From Bacilli bacterium (lineage in GTDB: Bacteria; Bacillota_I; Bacilli_A; RF39; UBA660): 64,000 bases of DNA. Position 1 is the first letter of the stretch. Every line of letters begins with the position of its first letter. Made by a program: the position numbers and the translations under genes. Location of the stretch: NCBI GenBank assembly GCA_028706395.1, contig JAQWBL010000002.1, forward strand, positions 3,390-67,389. The letters are read 5' to 3'. Below the pieces are notes generated by a model. The model saw only the letters and a program-made list of their open reading frames with translations, did not search any database and was not told the DNA's origin. Positions 51,756-59,744 of this stretch are shown here, one piece after another.

Positions 51756-51969
51756 CTTCTGTTATTTCTGGAATCTCATTGATAATTGCAGTTTCAATAA
51801 CTTCTTTTAAAGTTATGTTAACCATATGACAATTAGAGCATGCTCCTAATAACTTTATATAAACAATATTATCTTCTAATTTAACAAATTCAATATTGCC
51901 CCCATCACTAATAAGAAACGGTCTTAATTCATTAATTATATTTATTATTTTTTCTTCATTATTTTTCAT
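51739..51969 (-). CDS. NifU C-terminal-domain (Nfu/YutI-like) Fe-S protein
   Basis: 76 aa; DGGNIEFV and LLGACSNCHM (CxxC) motifs. Confidence 0.85.
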   Translation of the reverse strand: MKNNEEKIINIINELRPFLISDGGNIEFVKLEDNIVYIKLLGACSNCHMVNITLKEVIETAIINEIPEITEVINVE

Positions 51970-52067
51970 AAATTACCTCCATTTACATTATATATTAATC
52001 TTTTAAATTAGTAAACACTTTTAAATATAGGATATTTTATGCTATAATTGTTTGTAGAGGTGTAAAT

Positions 52068-52436
52068 GTGACAAAATATAAGAAAGGAAAGATAGTAAAA
52101 GGTGCAGTTACTGGTATTGAATCATATGGTATATTTGTATCATTAGATGAATTCTATAGTGGATTGATTCATATTTCAGAGATTTCTCATAATTATGTTA
52201 AAAATATTAACGATCATGTTAGTGTCGGTGATATAATATATGTTGAGGTTCTTGATGTAGATGAAAAATTAGCACAACTTAAATTAAGTATCAAAAACAT
52301 TGATTATAAGAAAAATAATAATTTTAGAAAACGCAAAATAAAAGAAACAAATTCTGGATTTAGTACATTATCTAAGATGCTTCCAATATGGATAGAAGAA
52401 AATATTAGAAAAAATTCAAATTTTGTTGACAAATAA
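52068..52436 (+). CDS. S1-domain RNA-binding protein (YabR/CvfD-like)
   Basis: S1 fold motif G.IVKG.VTGIESYGIFV.L....GLIHISE; GTG start after AGAGGTG. Confidence 0.8.
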   Translation: MTKYKKGKIVKGAVTGIESYGIFVSLDEFYSGLIHISEISHNYVKNINDHVSVGDIIYVEVLDVDEKLAQLKLSIKNIDYKKNNNFRKRKIKETNSGFSTLSKMLPIWIEENIRKNSNFVDK

Positions 52437-52454
52437 TTCTATAAATGTTATATT
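52426..52454 (+). promoter_or_regulatory. Consensus sigma-A promoter of the tRNA operon
   Basis: TTGACA (52426-52431), 17 nt, TATATT (52449-52454), with TG at the extended -10 position. Confidence 0.8.
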
Positions 52455-52474
52455 AAGTTACGTCCAGTGTTAAT

Positions 52475-52551
52475 GGGTGATTAGCTCAGTTGGTTAGAGC
52501 ACCTGCCTTACAAGCAGGGGGTCGTAGGTTCGAGTCCTACATTGCCCACCA
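52475..52551 (+). tRNA. tRNA-Val (anticodon UAC)
   Basis: Cloverleaf folded by hand; anticodon loop CTTACAA; CCA encoded. Confidence 0.93.
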
Positions 52552-52552
52552 T

Positions 52553-52629
<77 letters not shown>

Positions 52630-52631
52630 TT

Positions 52632-52715
52632 GGAGGGATAGCGAAGTGGCCAAACGCGGCAGACTGTAAATCTGTTCCTTCGGGTTCGATGGTTCAAATC
52701 CATCTCCCTCCACCA
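52632..52715 (+). tRNA. tRNA-Tyr (GUA)
   Basis: Long variable arm; anticodon loop CTGTAAA; CCA encoded. Confidence 0.92.
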
Positions 52716-52731
52716 TTTATGTTGGTTATGT

Positions 52732-52806
52732 TGCCTCGTAGCCAAGCGGTAAGGCACCACACTTTGACTGTGGCATGCGCTAGTTCGAATCTAGCCGAGG
52801 CAGCCA
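52732..52806 (+). tRNA. tRNA-Gln (UUG)
   Basis: Anticodon stem CCACA/TGTGG, loop CTTTGAC; CCA encoded. Confidence 0.9.
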
Positions 52807-52818
52807 TTTTTATTTTAT

Positions 52819-52894
52819 GTCCCGTTAGCTCAGTAGGTAGAGCATTTGACTTTTAATCAAAGGGTCACAAGTTCGAATCTTGTACGGGACACCA
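52819..52894 (+). tRNA. tRNA-Lys (UUU)
   Basis: Anticodon loop CTTTTAA; CCA encoded. Confidence 0.93.
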
Positions 52895-52903
52895 TTCGTT
52901 TTT

Positions 52904-52992
52904 GCCTGAGTGGCGGAATAGGTAGACGCACAGGACTTAAAATCCTGCGAGACTCAACTCTCGTGCCGGTTCAATTCCGGCCTTAGGCACCA
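52904..52992 (+). tRNA. tRNA-Leu (UAA)
   Basis: Long variable arm; anticodon loop CTTAAAA; CCA encoded. Confidence 0.92.
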
Positions 52993-53023
52993 TTTTAATT
53001 TTTTTGTAATTTATATAAAATAT

Positions 53024-53114
53024 GGAGAAATACCCAAGTCTGGTTGAAGGGACTGGTCTTGAAAACCAGCAGGTCGGAAACGGCGCGGGGGTTCGAATCC
53101 CTCTTTCTCCGCCA
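53024..53114 (+). tRNA. tRNA-Ser (UGA)
   Basis: Long variable arm; anticodon loop CTTGAAA; CCA encoded. Confidence 0.92.
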
Positions 53115-53133
53115 ATTTTATTTAAATTAATAT

Positions 53134-53210
<77 letters not shown>

Positions 53211-53213
53211 TAT

Positions 53214-53289
53214 GGTCCCGTGGTGTAGCGGTTATCACGTCTGCCTGTCACGCAGAAGATCGCGAGTTCGATTCTCGTCGGGACCGCCA
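53214..53289 (+). tRNA. tRNA-Asp (GUC)
   Basis: Anticodon loop CTGTCAC; CCA encoded. Confidence 0.93.
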
Positions 53290-53292
53290 TTT

Positions 53293-53368
<76 letters not shown>

Positions 53369-53387
53369 TTTAAATATTAATGATCTT

Positions 53388-53464
53388 GCGCCCGTAGATC
53401 AATTGGATAGATCGTTTGACTACGGATCAAAAGGTTATGGGTTCGACTCCTATCGGGCGCGCCA
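53388..53464 (+). tRNA. tRNA-Arg (ACG)
   Basis: Anticodon stem TTTGA/TCAAA, loop CTACGGA; CCA encoded. Confidence 0.92.
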
Positions 53465-53467
53465 TAT

Positions 53468-53544
53468 CGGGAAATAGCACAACTTGGTAGTGCACTTGGT
53501 TTGGGACCAAGGGGTTGCAGGTTCAAATCCTGTTTTCCCGACCA
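53468..53544 (+). tRNA. tRNA-Pro (UGG)
   Basis: Anticodon stem CTTGG/CCAAG, loop TTTGGGA; CCA encoded. Confidence 0.92.
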
Positions 53545-53556
53545 TTATGAGTATAA

Positions 53557-53585
53557 AAAGAGATTTCTGAAAAAATCTCTTTTTC
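53557..53585 (+). terminator. tRNA operon terminator
   Basis: AAAGAGATTT/AAATCTCTTT hairpin followed by a T-run. Confidence 0.85.
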
Positions 53586-53730
53586 TAATACTATTGTAAT
53601 TCATAACTCTTTTGAGGATTTTCAAAATTGGATTTATTTGATTAAAAATAATGTATAATAAACTGTGAAAATAAAAGTACATGGTTTTAATTTTAATAAA
53701 TATGATATAATTTTTTAAAGAGGTGTAATA

Positions 53731-54117
53731 ATGAATGAAAATATACCTGATGTTATTTTAGATGTAGGATTTGATTTCGACTGGGACGAAGAAGATGTTT
53801 GGAAATTAAATTATCCTACAAAAGCAATGAACATAAAAAAATTGGAATGGCATTTTGATATGCCATTTTGGAATTACGATAATAAGTGGTATAATCTTAA
53901 ACCAATTGATGTCATAAAAGATAATTCAAAATATAAAGATGAATACAATCGGATAATGAAGGCAAATTTAGATTATCCTATTGATATTATGAAAAATAAA
54001 GATAAATATGTAATTTTAGATGGTTTACATAGATTGGTAAAAGCAAAAATATTGGGTTATAGCAAAGTGAATGTTAGAATAATACCAAGAACAGAAATCA
54101 ATAATATAAAAAAATAA
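53731..54117 (+). CDS. Small orphan ParB/sulfiredoxin-fold (ParB N-domain-like) protein
   Basis: 128 aa ending in ILDGLHRLVKAKILGYSKVNVRII, which resembles the ParB/Srx DGxHR core. No HTH or dimerisation domain. Confidence 0.45.
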   Translation: MNENIPDVILDVGFDFDWDEEDVWKLNYPTKAMNIKKLEWHFDMPFWNYDNKWYNLKPIDVIKDNSKYKDEYNRIMKANLDYPIDIMKNKDKYVILDGLHRLVKAKILGYSKVNVRIIPRTEINNIKK

Positions 54118-54215
54118 ATTTTGTAATCCCTTTTATTTCTCAATCGTATAGTCAATAAAGCCTATGGATCTGTATGATTTAAATATTATAAAATTATTGT
54201 TATTAGAGGTGACAA

Positions 54216-54887
54216 ATGGAAAATAAAAGAATTTTTGAAATAGACATTTTAAAAATAATTGCTGTTGCTTTAATGGTTATTTTTCATTTAGTATATGATT
54301 TAAACGAATTTTTAGGATTAAATGTTATTTATGAATCAGGGTTTTGGTATTTTATTGGTCGTATTTCGGCAATAACGTTTATTATTATCTCTGGAATAAA
54401 TAGTGGTTTTAGTAAAGATATATTAAAAAAAGGGATTATGACTTTTTTTGTTGGAATGCTTATATCCTTAATTACCTTTTTTGTATTTAAAGGCCAATTT
54501 GTAAGGTTTGGAATACTTCATTTTCTAGGTGTATGCATGATACTGTACCCAATTTTGAAAAAAATAGATAAATGGATGTTATTAATGTTTACATTGATTA
54601 TTTTGTTTGGTATTAATACGTCTTTATATGATATAAAAATATTTATTTTTTTTGATAATGTTTTGGGAAAAGCTTCAGTTGATTACTATCCGCTTTTTCC
54701 TTATATTGGATTATATATTTTGGGAATTTTTCTTTATAAGGTATTTTATTATAAAAAGCTAAGTATTTTAAATTTGTATACAGAGAATAAACTAATAATT
54801 TTTACAAGTAAACAATCCTTGTTAATCTATTTGATTCATCAACCATTGATATTGTTTATAATGTATATAATTAATTTTTTCTTGTAA
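54216..54887 (+). CDS. DUF1624/acyltransferase-3-like polytopic membrane protein
   Basis: 223 aa, about 7 TM. N-terminal R.FEIDILK..AV.LMV.FH pattern typical of the heparan-alpha-glucosaminide N-acetyltransferase-like family. Confidence 0.45.
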   Translation: MENKRIFEIDILKIIAVALMVIFHLVYDLNEFLGLNVIYESGFWYFIGRISAITFIIISGINSGFSKDILKKGIMTFFVGMLISLITFFVFKGQFVRFGILHFLGVCMILYPILKKIDKWMLLMFTLIILFGINTSLYDIKIFIFFDNVLGKASVDYYPLFPYIGLYILGIFLYKVFYYKKLSILNLYTENKLIIFTSKQSLLIYLIHQPLILFIMYIINFFL

Positions 54888-54943
54888 AATAAATCTCTTG
54901 TAAACAATATTCTATTATATTTAATAGATTTTTTAATTAAATG

Positions 54944-54973
54944 TTGACTTTTTTGAATTTTTAATGATATACT
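54944..54973 (+). promoter_or_regulatory. Promoter of the lone tRNA-Ala
   Basis: TTGACT (54944-54949), 18 nt, TATACT with TG at the extended -10 position (TGATATACT, 54965-54973). Confidence 0.7.
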
Positions 54974-55005
54974 ATATTAGTCATTATTTAATAATGATGT
55001 TCTTT

Positions 55006-55082
55006 GGGGAATTAGCTCAGTTGGCTAGAGCACCTGCCTTGCACGCAGGGGGTCAAGGGTTCGAGTCCCTTATTCTCCACCA
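55006..55082 (+). tRNA. tRNA-Ala (UGC)
   Basis: G3-U70 identity pair; anticodon loop CTTGCAC; CCA encoded. Confidence 0.93.
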
Positions 55083-55115
55083 TTAGAAATTAATCTCGAG
55101 TAATCGAGTATAACG

Positions 55116-55139
55116 AATCAACCATTGGTTGATTTTTTT
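55116..55139 (+). terminator. tRNA-Ala terminator
   Basis: ATCAACC/GGTTGAT hairpin followed by T7. Confidence 0.8.
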
Positions 55140-55184
55140 AATTTATTAAAGCAAAATGTGTTAAAATAATGCTAGGTGAGATTT

Positions 55185-55802
55185 ATGAGTAAAATATCAA
55201 ACGTTTTAACTATGCTAGAACTTTTAAGTAATAACCGTAAATATTCGATTAATGAATTAGCGTCTATATTAGAAGTTAGTAATAGAATGGTTAGATCATA
55301 TAAGCAAGAATTAGAAAAAGCTGGTATTTATATTGATACAATTAGAGGTCCCTATGGTGGTTATATTCTAAGTACCAATATTATTCTGCCAAAACGGGGT
55401 TTTAGTAAATATGATATTTTATTATTAAATGATATACATGATATATTAAAAAATCAAAAAGGCTTTGAATTTAATAAAGAGTATTTAGAATTGATCAATA
55501 AAGTTAATGGAATTTACAAAAGCAGTAAAAAGAAAACCGATATTATTAATCTAGATGAAGTTAATAGTAATGATAAATATAATTTGTTTTTGAAAGCCGT
55601 TCGTGAAAAACGGAAAATGTGGATTAAGTTTTTATCGCTTGATAAGAGTGCTTCTGAAAGGATAATCCATCCATGTAATTTATTTAAATATAATGATGAG
55701 TGGTATGTTTCTGCTTTTTGTGAGTTAAGAAGTGAAATTAGACATTTCTCGTTACGCCGAATTGTTGATTTTAAGTTATTAGATGAAAGTTATAAGAAAT
55801 AG
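55185..55802 (+). CDS. HTH plus WYL-domain transcriptional regulator (short YafY-like)
   Basis: N-terminal wHTH (YSINELASILEVSNRMVRSYKQELEKAGIYI). C-terminal WYL-like segment (IHPCNLFKYNDEWYVSAFCELRSEIRHFSLRRI). ATG at 55185. Confidence 0.7.
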   Translation: MSKISNVLTMLELLSNNRKYSINELASILEVSNRMVRSYKQELEKAGIYIDTIRGPYGGYILSTNIILPKRGFSKYDILLLNDIHDILKNQKGFEFNKEYLELINKVNGIYKSSKKKTDIINLDEVNSNDKYNLFLKAVREKRKMWIKFLSLDKSASERIIHPCNLFKYNDEWYVSAFCELRSEIRHFSLRRIVDFKLLDESYKK

Positions 55803-55859
55803 TTAATGCGACCATATATTTCCTCTTTAAGTGCTAGAATAGTTTTATGGAGGTATTTT

Positions 55860-56426
55860 ATGGAAAAAATTGTGTTTGTTACAAGTAATGAGGGAAAAGT
55901 AAAAACAGCTCAGTCCTACTTGACTAATATTGAATTAATATACTATAAATATGATTTAATTGAACCCCGTAGTGAGTCATTAGAGGAAATAGCGAAGTAT
56001 AAAGTGTTACAAGCTTATAAACAAGTCAAAACCGATTGTATCGCGCTTGATAGTGGCTTTTATATTGAAGGATTAGATGGTTGGCCTGGAACTTTTGTGA
56101 ACTTTAATTTAAAAAAACTGGGATTAGAAGGAATAATAAAATTACTTAAAAATGTGGAATGTCGAAAAGCACATTTTCTAGAGTGTTTGGCATATTATGA
56201 TGGTAAAGAGGTTAAATATTTTTACGGTTTGTCTAAAGGAACTATTTCGCCTGAAATAAGCCAAGTTGGCAGCGAATATCAATGGTCAAATTTGTGGAAA
56301 ATATTTATTCCTGACAATCATAATAAAACATTATCAGATATGAGTGATGAAGAAAGAAAAAATAGAAAAGATGATCATACTTCGTCTTTTGTTGAGTTTA
56401 ATAATTATATAAACAAAAAAGATTAG
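55860..56426 (+). CDS. Ham1/ITPase-family non-canonical NTP pyrophosphatase-like protein
   Basis: FVTSNEGK N-terminus, DSGFYIEGLDGWPG and a late KT..+MS.EE segment, as in the ITPA/RdgB family. ATG at 55860 after GGAGGT. Confidence 0.65.
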   Translation: MEKIVFVTSNEGKVKTAQSYLTNIELIYYKYDLIEPRSESLEEIAKYKVLQAYKQVKTDCIALDSGFYIEGLDGWPGTFVNFNLKKLGLEGIIKLLKNVECRKAHFLECLAYYDGKEVKYFYGLSKGTISPEISQVGSEYQWSNLWKIFIPDNHNKTLSDMSDEERKNRKDDHTSSFVEFNNYINKKD

Positions 56427-56513
56427 TAAAAGAATGCTGAATATAGTTTAATCCACATTCAATATCGAAATATATGAATAACCTATTATAGAAATATAAA
56501 AGGGGGGAACAAA

Positions 56514-56666
56514 ATGGGACCTTGGGGATATCCTGGTAGCTGTTGTCCGTCAATGCCTTGCTATGGCGGAGGGTATGGTGGAAGTGGTATAGGAATAATT
56601 TGGATTATTATTATAATATTTGTTATTTTCGCACTTTTTAATCATTCACGTCGTGATTGTATATAA
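56514..56666 (+). CDS. Tiny Gly/Tyr/Cys-rich single-TM protein (YjcZ-like), not in ORF track
   Basis: Hand translation gives MGPWGYPGSCCPSMPCYGGGYGGSGIGIIWIIIIIFVIFALFNHSRRDCI (50 aa). AAGGGGGG RBS 7 nt upstream; strong terminator immediately downstream. Confidence 0.65.
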   Translation: MGPWGYPGSCCPSMPCYGGGYGGSGIGIIWIIIIIFVIFALFNHSRRDCI

Positions 56667-56683
56667 TTGCGTTAAAATATATT

Positions 56684-56716
56684 AGAAATTAGATATTTTG
56701 TCTAATTTCTTTTTTA
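56684..56716 (+). terminator. Terminator after the tiny TM ORF
   Basis: AGAAATTAGA/TCTAATTTCT 10-bp stem followed by T5. Confidence 0.85.
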
Positions 56717-56758
56717 AATTAATAAATATTATTCGAAATAAAAATTATTTTTTTAATA

Positions 56759-56787
56759 TTGCAATTTTTGGCATTATATGGTAATAT
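56759..56787 (+). promoter_or_regulatory. Sigma-A-type promoter of the response regulator/kinase operon
   Basis: TTGCAA, 17 nt, TAATAT. No direct-repeat operator is seen here. Confidence 0.6.
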
Positions 56788-56833
56788 TAAATGGAGTTTT
56801 GCGATGAGCGAACATGATTTGAGGTGTGGGAAA

Positions 56834-57541
56834 ATGGTTAATTTTGTTGTGTGTGATGACAATGCAGAAATTTTAAGTCAAATTAATTCTATTATAGATG
56901 AGGAAATGATTAAAAATAAAATGAAATATCAATGTCATTTGTTTGATGATTACGATAATAAGTTTATGAAATTGATGCGTTCAAAGTTACCTTTTAGAAT
57001 ATATATATTGGATATTGAGACTCCAACTTCATCAGGAATAGATATAGCGAGAGTAATTAGAAAGATTGATGTTGAAAGTGTTATTATTTTTTTAACGTCG
57101 CACGATGAATTAGGGTACACTGTTTTAAAAAACGAATTTTTATTTTTGTCATTTATAAATAAATATGATGATTATCCAAAACATTTAAGTAAAGCAATTG
57201 AAAAAGCTTTGGATGTTCTAGGTAAAAAACAAGTAATTCGTTTTGACGATAGAGGTGCTGTATATACTATACCTATTAATGATATATTGTATATAACAAG
57301 AGATAGTATTGAACGAAAAGTCGTTATTACTACTGATTATTCACAATTTAGTGTAAACAAAACACTAATGGATATGTCTGAAATGTTAGGTGATGTTTTT
57401 ATACAATCACATCGTTCATGTATTATAAATTCTACTAGAGTGTCAATCGTTAATTTACCAAAGAAAAAAATAATTTTTGATACTGGAGTTGAGATAGATT
57501 GGCTGAGTCCAAAGTATAAAAAAGAGGTATCACAATTATGA
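56834..57541 (+). CDS. agrA: LytTR-family response regulator (AgrA-like)
   Basis: Receiver domain (VVCDDN, ILDIETP) plus C-terminal LytTR domain (ILYITRDSIERKVVITT, FIQSHRSCIINSTRV). ATG at 56834 lies 7 nt after GAGGTG. Confidence 0.85.
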   Translation: MVNFVVCDDNAEILSQINSIIDEEMIKNKMKYQCHLFDDYDNKFMKLMRSKLPFRIYILDIETPTSSGIDIARVIRKIDVESVIIFLTSHDELGYTVLKNEFLFLSFINKYDDYPKHLSKAIEKALDVLGKKQVIRFDDRGAVYTIPINDILYITRDSIERKVVITTDYSQFSVNKTLMDMSEMLGDVFIQSHRSCIINSTRVSIVNLPKKKIIFDTGVEIDWLSPKYKKEVSQL

Positions 57542-58830
57542 TTTTTTTATTAAGTAGTTTTGTAGTCTCACTTGCATGTTTTTATGTATCATCTAGAATT
57601 TTTAAAGAAAAAATTAATTTTAAGGAATTAAGGTTTTGGCTAGTTGTTATTATTAACACTATTCTGATGACATTATTATTTATAGCAACTAAACACTATA
57701 TTCGTGTTTTAATTAACTATATAGTATTGGTTGTTTTAAATAAAATATATTTTAAGAAAAAAATTGTTAATGTAATTATTGGGAGTTTTTTTGTATTTGT
57801 TTTAATTACTGTTTCTGAAATAATGGTTGCAATCATATTAGTTACATTATTAAAAATTGAACCAGCTGAGTTATCAGAAGCTTTTCTTGGCCATTTCTGG
57901 CTTAATTTATTTATTGCATCAATGATGATTATATTTATAAATATAAAAAAGGTTGTTCATTTTTTTGGAAGTGTGGCTGAAAATAGAAAGAGTCAAGGTG
58001 TCTTTGAAATTCTTCCTGTGTTAGCTCTTATTGTTTTGATCTATTCAGTTTTCTTTTACTATATGTATTTCAAACTTGATGTTTTATTAGCAATGATTTT
58101 AAGTGTTATTTTGATAATAATTATTACCTTTTTGGTAATAAATATAAGTTTGGAAAAAAATTATCATAGTAATTTAAAAAAAGAATATAACAAGTTAATT
58201 AATGATTTGACGGAATATGAAAAGATTCTTGAAAAATACCGAAGAACCAATCATGAAAATAAAAACAATTTTATTGTTTTAAAAGGAATGATTCCTGAAA
58301 AAAACAAGGATATTATTAATCATATTGATGAGATTATTAATTTAAAAGAAAAAGATGATGATGAAATTTTAACTAAAACAAAACGACTTCCTTCTGGTGG
58401 ATTTCAAGGATTAATTTATCAGAAGATGCTAATTATGAAAGAAAAAGGTATTAGTTGCAATTTAGAAATAAGCAAAGATATTTATTCTAATAGTTATAAA
58501 AAATTTGATTTTGAACTTAATAAAAATTTATGTGCAATAGCTGGTATTATCATTGATAATGCTATTGAAGCGGTCGAAGATTTAAAAACAAAAGCAATTG
58601 GTATTTACCTATATAAAGATGGAAAAGATTTTTATTTTTGTATTTCCAATAATTTCCAAGGTCCAATTGATTTAGAAAGAATGGACGAGGAAGGATATTC
58701 TAGTAAAGGTAAAGGTCGCGGGTATGGTCTTAGTTTGGTTAAAAGAATTGTTGATAAAGATGAGAGACTTTCAATTGAAAGGGAATTTGTTAGGGATATT
58801 TTTAAACAAAAAATCAAAATAAAAATGTAG
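57538..58830 (+). CDS. agrC: AgrC-like (HPK10) sensor histidine kinase
   Basis: About 6 N-terminal TM helices; H-box-like RRTNHENKNNF; GHKL N-box (IIIDNAIEA) and G-box (GKGRGYGLSLV). ATGA overlap with the regulator gene. Confidence 0.85.
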   Translation: MIFLLSSFVVSLACFYVSSRIFKEKINFKELRFWLVVIINTILMTLLFIATKHYIRVLINYIVLVVLNKIYFKKKIVNVIIGSFFVFVLITVSEIMVAIILVTLLKIEPAELSEAFLGHFWLNLFIASMMIIFINIKKVVHFFGSVAENRKSQGVFEILPVLALIVLIYSVFFYYMYFKLDVLLAMILSVILIIIITFLVINISLEKNYHSNLKKEYNKLINDLTEYEKILEKYRRTNHENKNNFIVLKGMIPEKNKDIINHIDEIINLKEKDDDEILTKTKRLPSGGFQGLIYQKMLIMKEKGISCNLEISKDIYSNSYKKFDFELNKNLCAIAGIIIDNAIEAVEDLKTKAIGIYLYKDGKDFYFCISNNFQGPIDLERMDEEGYSSKGKGRGYGLSLVKRIVDKDERLSIEREFVRDIFKQKIKIKM

Positions 58831-58850
58831 AAATTATCTACATTTTTTTT
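58821..58850. terminator. Bidirectional terminator between the kinase and agrD
   Basis: ATGTAGA/TCTACAT hairpin flanked by A5 and T8. Confidence 0.7.
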
Positions 58851-58855
58851 ATTTC

Positions 58856-58978
58856 TTATTTTATTAAGAAATCAGGTGTTTCAGGTTCGTCTAACCATAG
58901 AAACATACAAGCGGTTGTGAATGTGTTAGCAGCAACATAAGCGAGTGTACTTAAAGTTAAAGCTAAAATTTTAATCAC
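58856..58978 (-). CDS. agrD: AgrD-like autoinducing peptide precursor (40 aa, not in ORF track)
   Basis: Hand translation gives M(GTG)IKILALTLSTLAYVAANTFTTACMFLWLDEPETPDFLIK. It has an amphipathic leader, a single Cys followed by hydrophobic residues, and an acidic DEPETP tail. AGGAGG lies 6 nt upstream; the start overlaps the agrB stop (GTGATTAA). Confidence 0.75.
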   Translation of the reverse strand: MIKILALTLSTLAYVAANTFTTACMFLWLDEPETPDFLIK

Positions 58979-59594
58979 AAACGTCCTCCTTTCTTTTTTT
59001 ATATTGCAAGTAATTATTATAATGCTGATTAAAAATAATATATGCCCAAGGTGTTATTAAGAAAGATTGAATAACTAATGAAAATAATAAAGCATTTGCG
59101 ATAAAATGGTTGTTTGTAAAAATTATAATATAACTATAAATTATGGAGGTAACAGTTGATATAATTTTATAATAATTTCTTCTTTTTGTGTTAATAATTG
59201 GTCTTTTTTTAGTATCAGCAGGTGAATATTTATAAAAAACTAAGATTGAAATTATGACCGAAATTAATTTAATTTTCAAACCAATAGCTATTATTGTACA
59301 TAAATAAGTTGTTCCAATAAATAGAACTGTTGATGCAATTAAACAGATTATACCATTGGTAGCATGGAGTCCGAATGAAAACATTCTTAATAAATTATAA
59401 AACAACATTAAAATTATCAGTTCTATAAATAAATTTAAATATATAGCGATTGCAAATATTATGATGGTTTTGGTGATTGTTATATATATTCCTTCCAATC
59501 CATATCTTATAGTTGCTATTTGTTTTTCCGTGTAGTTTGGATAATGTTTTGTAATAAAGTTTAATAAAATATTTAAAACTTGATTTTTCAACAA
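58971..59594 (-). CDS. agrB: AgrB-family AIP-processing membrane endopeptidase
   Basis: Polytopic. LRMFSFGLHATNGIIC has His and Cys 7 residues apart, as for the catalytic H77/C84 of S. aureus AgrB. Also SPADTKKRPI motif. TTG start 6 nt after GAGGTG. Confidence 0.85.
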   Translation of the reverse strand: MLKNQVLNILLNFITKHYPNYTEKQIATIRYGLEGIYITITKTIIIFAIAIYLNLFIELIILMLFYNLLRMFSFGLHATNGIICLIASTVLFIGTTYLCTIIAIGLKIKLISVIISILVFYKYSPADTKKRPIINTKRRNYYKIISTVTSIIYSYIIIFTNNHFIANALLFSLVIQSFLITPWAYIIFNQHYNNYLQYKKRKEDVCD

Positions 59595-59647
59595 ATATCA
59601 CACCTCGGTTAAATTATATCATATAAAACAGTGTTTGTAATGATTTA

Positions 59648-59680
59648 TGTCCGAAATGGCCGAATATGTGTCTCAAACGC
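59648..59680 (-). promoter_or_regulatory. LytTR-type operator B1 facing agrBD
   Basis: On the minus strand, GCGTTTGAGACA (59669-59680) and CCATTTCGGACA (59648-59659), period 21 nt. -10-like TATATG/TATAAT (59613-59625) lies between the operator and the agrB start. Confidence 0.65.
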
Positions 59681-59711
59681 AAAAAATGGCATAAATAAAA
59701 CCTCCAAAAAT

Positions 59712-59744
59712 GCATTTTGAACGCATAAGTGGGCATTTCGGACA
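59712..59744 (+). promoter_or_regulatory. LytTR-type operator B2 facing rightward (toward csp)
   Basis: GCATTTTGAACG (59712-59723) and GCATTTCGGACA (59733-59744), period 21 nt. TAAAAT at 59774-59779 is at the same offset as the -10-like hexamers of the other two copies. Confidence 0.55.

Noticed and set aside
59395-59601. Tracked 68-aa ORF overlapping the 5' part of agrB in another frame.
   Set aside because: It lies same-strand and out of frame inside a well-supported AgrB coding region, which is typical AT-rich noise.
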